From Basidioascus undulatus (taxonomy: Eukaryota), in contig JTLS01000217.1 in assembly GCA_000826855.1 (NCBI GenBank), positions 1-39,222 on the forward strand: 39,222 bases of DNA, given 5' to 3'. Shown piece by piece: positions 35,001 to 39,222 of this stretch (position 1 is its first letter; each line of letters opens with the position of its first letter). Made by a program: the position numbers and the translations under genes. Below the pieces are notes generated by a model. It was not told the DNA's origin, did not search any database, and worked only from the letters and a program-made list of their open reading frames with translations.

Positions 35001-36076
35001 CCAATCCCGACTGAGCCTATGGTAACTCTTTGGATTACAACAAATAGTGTTTTCTGTTTTAACCTGTTCGCTTACCTTCGCAGTATATGTGAGTCAAATG
35101 TTCAGGCAAAGAAATCGTGCGCTCCAAAACCGCTGACCGTCTACCCGCGATGGTCGCGATACAGAATCTTGAGTGAGCCTTCATTGGCCATAAGGGCAAT
35201 ATGTGTGCGACTGGGGCTTACTGTGATTTCCTTGGTAGACTTGGGCATCTCTCCTAGTGCGTCCTCGCCGGTGGTTGTTTGTCTTGTTTCCGTGATTTGA
35301 TCTTGCTGACAGGCTTTGCGCCGCAGAGTACGCAGCCTGTCAAAGCTTTTACTGAAGGGGTCCACTTGAACCCATGCTTTTCCACCTCAGGTTCGGATAT
35401 ATCAACTGGGACGAGCTGTCCTGGTGAGCTGCCGTGTTCTTCGAAGCGTGTTTCAGAGCGCTGACTTGGTCTTGCGGCAGGCCGGCGGTCATGTACGTGG
35501 ACGTGAGTCACAAACCCACTTCCCTTGTTGTAAAAGGACCAAAGTCTAATGATGCTGTTTTCCACTGTGGCCTTTGAAGTGGGTGCGAGGTGCGTGGTAG
35601 CCTCCGACGAAACTACGTGGCTGCTAGCTAAGCACCGTTACGAGCTGAAAGCGTCCCCTGGGCCTGCAGTATACCAGCCAGTGTATTTACCCTTATTTCT
35701 GCTTTGATTAGCAAAATTAAACTAACGGGTCTAAATGCAGTGACGCCAAAAACATCGGCTGCGACCCGCCTGATCGCCCGACTGCGGCATACATTGAGCG
35801 ATTCCCAGAAGGTGCGCAATACTCGAGTGCTTACCCAACTGCTCGTTCATAGAACTAACAGGTTCTATAACTAGCATACATCAATCCCAACCTCACCACA
35901 TGGGTCAGTTCGAGTTTACTTGCCTACCCCGCGGAGACTGACACGGAAGGGAACGCAGGTTAACGATTACGGACTGGCGTTCCCCAGTACGTAACAGGGG
36001 TTTGGATAGGCTGTCTGAAGTTACGGAACACTGAGATTGTTCTCCTCCAGAAAACAGACTGGTCGACGACTGCTAG
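32064..36076 (+). CDS. KRE6: KRE6/SKN1-family GH16 beta-glucan synthesis-associated type II membrane protein, about 35 exons
   Basis: [17 protein letters not shown] + [82 protein letters not shown] (catalytic EIDxxE), EPMYIILNLG, IGCDP, FPKNRLVDDC*. Confidence 0.93.
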
Positions 36077-36683
36077 CCATTGCACGATTCAACTGACTGT
36101 GGAATGGGTTCTTGTCCTGCTTGAGTTTCACGAACTGGTTTGCGGTGCCTTGCCTCCTTCTCTCTGTTTTCTAAAGATACCACGCTCCTTTTGCGTTCCC
36201 TCTTGGTACAATGCCTGTGACCACGATCGCTGTAAAGAACGCACACCGTGTGCTGCGCTGCGCACTGTAGTTTCAACGACGGTCAGGTTGTGTGCGTTTT
36301 ATCTGGTGTTACTCAAACTACGAGCATCCAACGAATTGCCTCAGAAGGGTCCCTGAACAAGATCGACAGCTTGTTGCGTCAAAGGAGGGAACGAGCTTTG
36401 GGAGCGTTCAAAGGAGTCGCCCCTCGTTCGCCGAAGGGCTTATCGCCACTCAAACGGACGTGCCCTATTGGGCACCCCGAGATTTCGGGATCTGAATTTT
36501 TAAATTGTCAGATACTTGGATACCAATGGCGATCCCCATACCACGTTGGCACTGCAACTTGGGCGAAGGCCAACAGCCGAGCATTCTTGCAGAACGGCCT
36601 TTTCTTCTGACCACCACCTCGGCCCTGAAGCCCATCGCTCCTCGCCGGCGTACCACATACGCCTCACAGATTTTCGACAAGCA

Positions 36684-37553
36684 ATGTCTTACATACGTCC
36701 CCCTTCGATCGCGCAGCCTTCATCCAACCAGCATCGCCCAGCCACGGGCTCTCGCAAGCGGCCGTCCGACTTTCTCGGCGACTTCCAGTAGTCGCTCGCG
36801 CACGTCGAGGCGCACAGCGAGGCGCTCATGAACCGTGTCGCTCAGCTTGAGCAGGATAACCGCACTCTTACGGAGTGGCACAAGGTGCTGAAGGGGCGCT
36901 CGGACCAGCTCATGAAGCTCTTGCAGGAAACGTAGTTCCTGCGCGACAGAGAGGTCGCCGAGCACAAGTCGGCCCGGAAAAGACTCCTTGTCCGTACCGC
37001 GCAGATCAAAGCGATGTAGCTCATCATCGAGAGCTGGAGCAGCTGTGGTGACGGAGGAGGGGGCGCAGGCAGAAAGGAGCCGGGTCGCTGGGGTTCTTGC
37101 TGGGGCTGCACGGGAAGTGGGGCTTGAGGTGCTTAATCACTCGACGAACACCTGCTCGGAGCTCGTCACGGCGGAAGGTATGTCTATACCCTGCCCATAT
37201 TCGCCTCCGTGGCGTTGCTCATGAGTACCAGCAGAGCCACCCCAGAGCTGGTCCGTCGGCATGCGCGGCATCGAGGTCGTCGTCGAGGACGCGGCGAGCC
37301 TCCCTGGTTGGGCTCCGGGCGCACGCGCGTACCTGATCGACACGTCCATCACCGGACCGGAAGCGAAATGGTAGGGCACCGTCCAGTTCCAGTACGACGC
37401 CGCGCCGCGTTCCGATCGAGTGCGTGAGCCCGGTGCATCCGACCGACACCTTCACCGGCCAGGTGCTTGCCCTCGATGATGAGCACAAGGAAGAGGCCGC
37501 ACCTATTCGTCACTTTCACAGCAGGGAGTACAAAGTCTGGTTCAATGGAGACC
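36684..37553 (+). pseudogene. disrupted gene: N-terminal coiled coil plus unknown domain
   Basis: Coding-like frame with TAG at 36789, 36933, 37017 and 37372, probable frameshift near 37030, and intact-looking intron 37178-37234. Confidence 0.6.
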
Positions 37554-38769
37554 GTCCGTGGGTCGGACCGCCTTGCAGCCTAGCCTGCTTCGCGCCGACA
37601 AGCTCGTATTACCCTCCGCTCCCTTGAGATCACATGTCGACTAAAGCCGTCGAGGTATGACTGTTGCGTTTCCGCTGTCAGTTCGGGTGGCATCTATCGT
37701 TCTTGCTGTTCGGCTTTTCTTGCACGTCGCAGCATCATGAGATGCATCTTACAGCCTGAACCTGAGCCTGGAGCCACAACTGTCTACTGCGCATTCCCCA
37801 GTAATGAGACCGACAGCATGTCTGAGAGAATAACTATCGACTAAAAGTTCTCTTTCTTGGGTAGCGGCTTGCGAGCGACGTCCTCGATCATGGAATGAAC
37901 GAAAGAACAACGGGCAAGAGGACCGTCAGCCGCAACGCCCCAACACCCGTCTTACGAACTTACTTCGAAACTTCCAATCAAAGATGTTTCCGGATTCCAC
38001 TCGAAGGATGTGTCAGAACCTGAGGGAACACAGAAAGCGCGTCGAGACGTCGAGACTTGCTGCATGCTCACGCCTGCATCTTCTGTCACCTTTCCCTCTT
38101 GCCCAATGAAGCGATCGAAGACTGCCCGGAAAGAAGGCGTTCCGAGAGTAGCAACGTGATTCTGCTAACCCTCAACTGTGCGAAGAGATGTTGCGGAAGA
38201 AACAATATTAATGGTCCCACAGCAGGAACGTAAGTTCAAGCCACTCTGCGGGACGACCGCCTCTAATGAAACAATGTGTAGTTGTTCACGCCGAAACGAC
38301 ATTCAGCGATGTCTCGTGGACTCCTCAGAGTGCAAACCGGCACTACGAATCCCAGCGATGCACGCGCCCGATTGCGACGAATGGTGATACCATTGAATCA
38401 AAGCACGTACGAGCATGTAGAAGGAGTCGAGCACTAAGCAGGTCAAAGCAAGGAAGGAAAGGAGAAACAGCGAAGCACATAAAATGAACGGTCGGAGCTT
38501 GGAGCCTAGGAAAGAAAAGGAAACGAGCGAGAGCGAGATGCGAGGAGCCAGTCGCGGGTAAACTGAAGAAAGCTACGGATGGGGGAGGGAGAGTGCATGA
38601 GCGACGTGCTGGTTGCGAGGGAGGGGAGGGGAGGGAGGGAAAGACACACACGCAGAGAGTGGGAGGAGGAGGGGTACTAGGGCGCTCGCTGGCAGGCGCG
38701 GTAAGGGTGGGGAAGGGGTATATGCTAGTCGAATGCGAAATGAGGAAGAGGCGGAGGCGGAAACGAAGC

Positions 38770-39183
38770 TTAAGCCCAGATCTGGAAGGAGGCGTTGCGT
38801 CAGTTCAGCGAATCAAGGGTAAAGGTGAGAGGGTTGGGAAGAGGAGACGAGGGAGGGAGGCTCAACGCACCTTGAGCAAGCTGTCCCAAGAGCCTGTGCA
38901 GAGCGCCATGCCGTCCGCGGAGACGCCGAGGCAGGACACGCGGTTCTCGTGGCCGCTGAGGACGCCGACGCGCTCGCCCTTGAGCGTGTCCCAGACGTTG
39001 CAGTTGTAGTCGTCGTAGCCGGCGAAGAGGATGCGGCCCGAGACGGAGAACGCGACAGAGGTGATGCCGCAGAGGATGTTGTCGTGGCTGTACTGGTTCA
39101 GCTCCCGGTCCGCGCGCAGGTCGAACAGCCGGCACGAGGCGTCGTCCGAGCCCGTCGCGAAGGCGTCGCCGTTCGGGAAGAAC
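38770..39183 (-). CDS. GPB1: heterotrimeric G-protein beta subunit, 3' exons (gene continues beyond window)
   Basis: [107 protein letters not shown]; exons 39183-38871 and 38781-38770. Confidence 0.97.
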
Positions 39184-39222
39184 CTGGGAGGGTGGGGGCG
39201 TGGGGATGGGTGAGAGGGGCGG

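Noticed and set aside
35313..35327. 15-nt alternative KRE6 exon using the CTGACAG acceptor
   Set aside because: The AG abuts the branch site and a 15-nt exon does not restore the reading frame
36684..37374. Genome-wide TAG reassignment
   Set aside because: HIS3, RSC9, KRE6 and the TMEM115-like gene terminate at TAG at their expected C-termini
1..39222. tRNA, rRNA, CRISPR arrays or intact transposons
   Set aside because: None recognisable by eye; a covariance-model and repeat-library scan would be needed to exclude them

Overview
Fungal nuclear DNA: GC-rich, very intron-dense and basidiomycete-like (donors such as GTCCGT/GTGCGT/GTACGC, introns mostly 55-90 nt; Pucciniomycotina-like, lineage not certain). 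The ORF track is fragmented by introns, so gene models were assembled by hand. Genes in order: a decayed gene relic, a DUF3074/START-like protein, a PTM1/LUSTR 7TM protein, a ricin-B-like lectin with a glycine-zipper tail, HIS3, a DUF1751/TMEM115-like protein, a LisH-WD40 Sif2/TBL1 protein, Rsc9, a cluster of four secreted or surface protein genes (one Cys-rich single-pass, two GGxGxGG glycine-rich, one Pro-rich), a fungal-luciferase (Luz)-like protein, a Swc3-like protein with a GATA-type finger, a KRE6/SKN1 GH16 gene with about 34 introns, a pseudogene with four in-frame TAG codons, and the 3' end of the G-protein beta subunit. Most striking: an apparent single-nucleotide exon in KRE6, a start codon formed only by splicing of a GC-AG intron, and a micro-exon cassette gene for a secreted glycine-rich protein. 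All splice models are inferred from sequence alone, and family calls rest on recalled motifs, not database searches.
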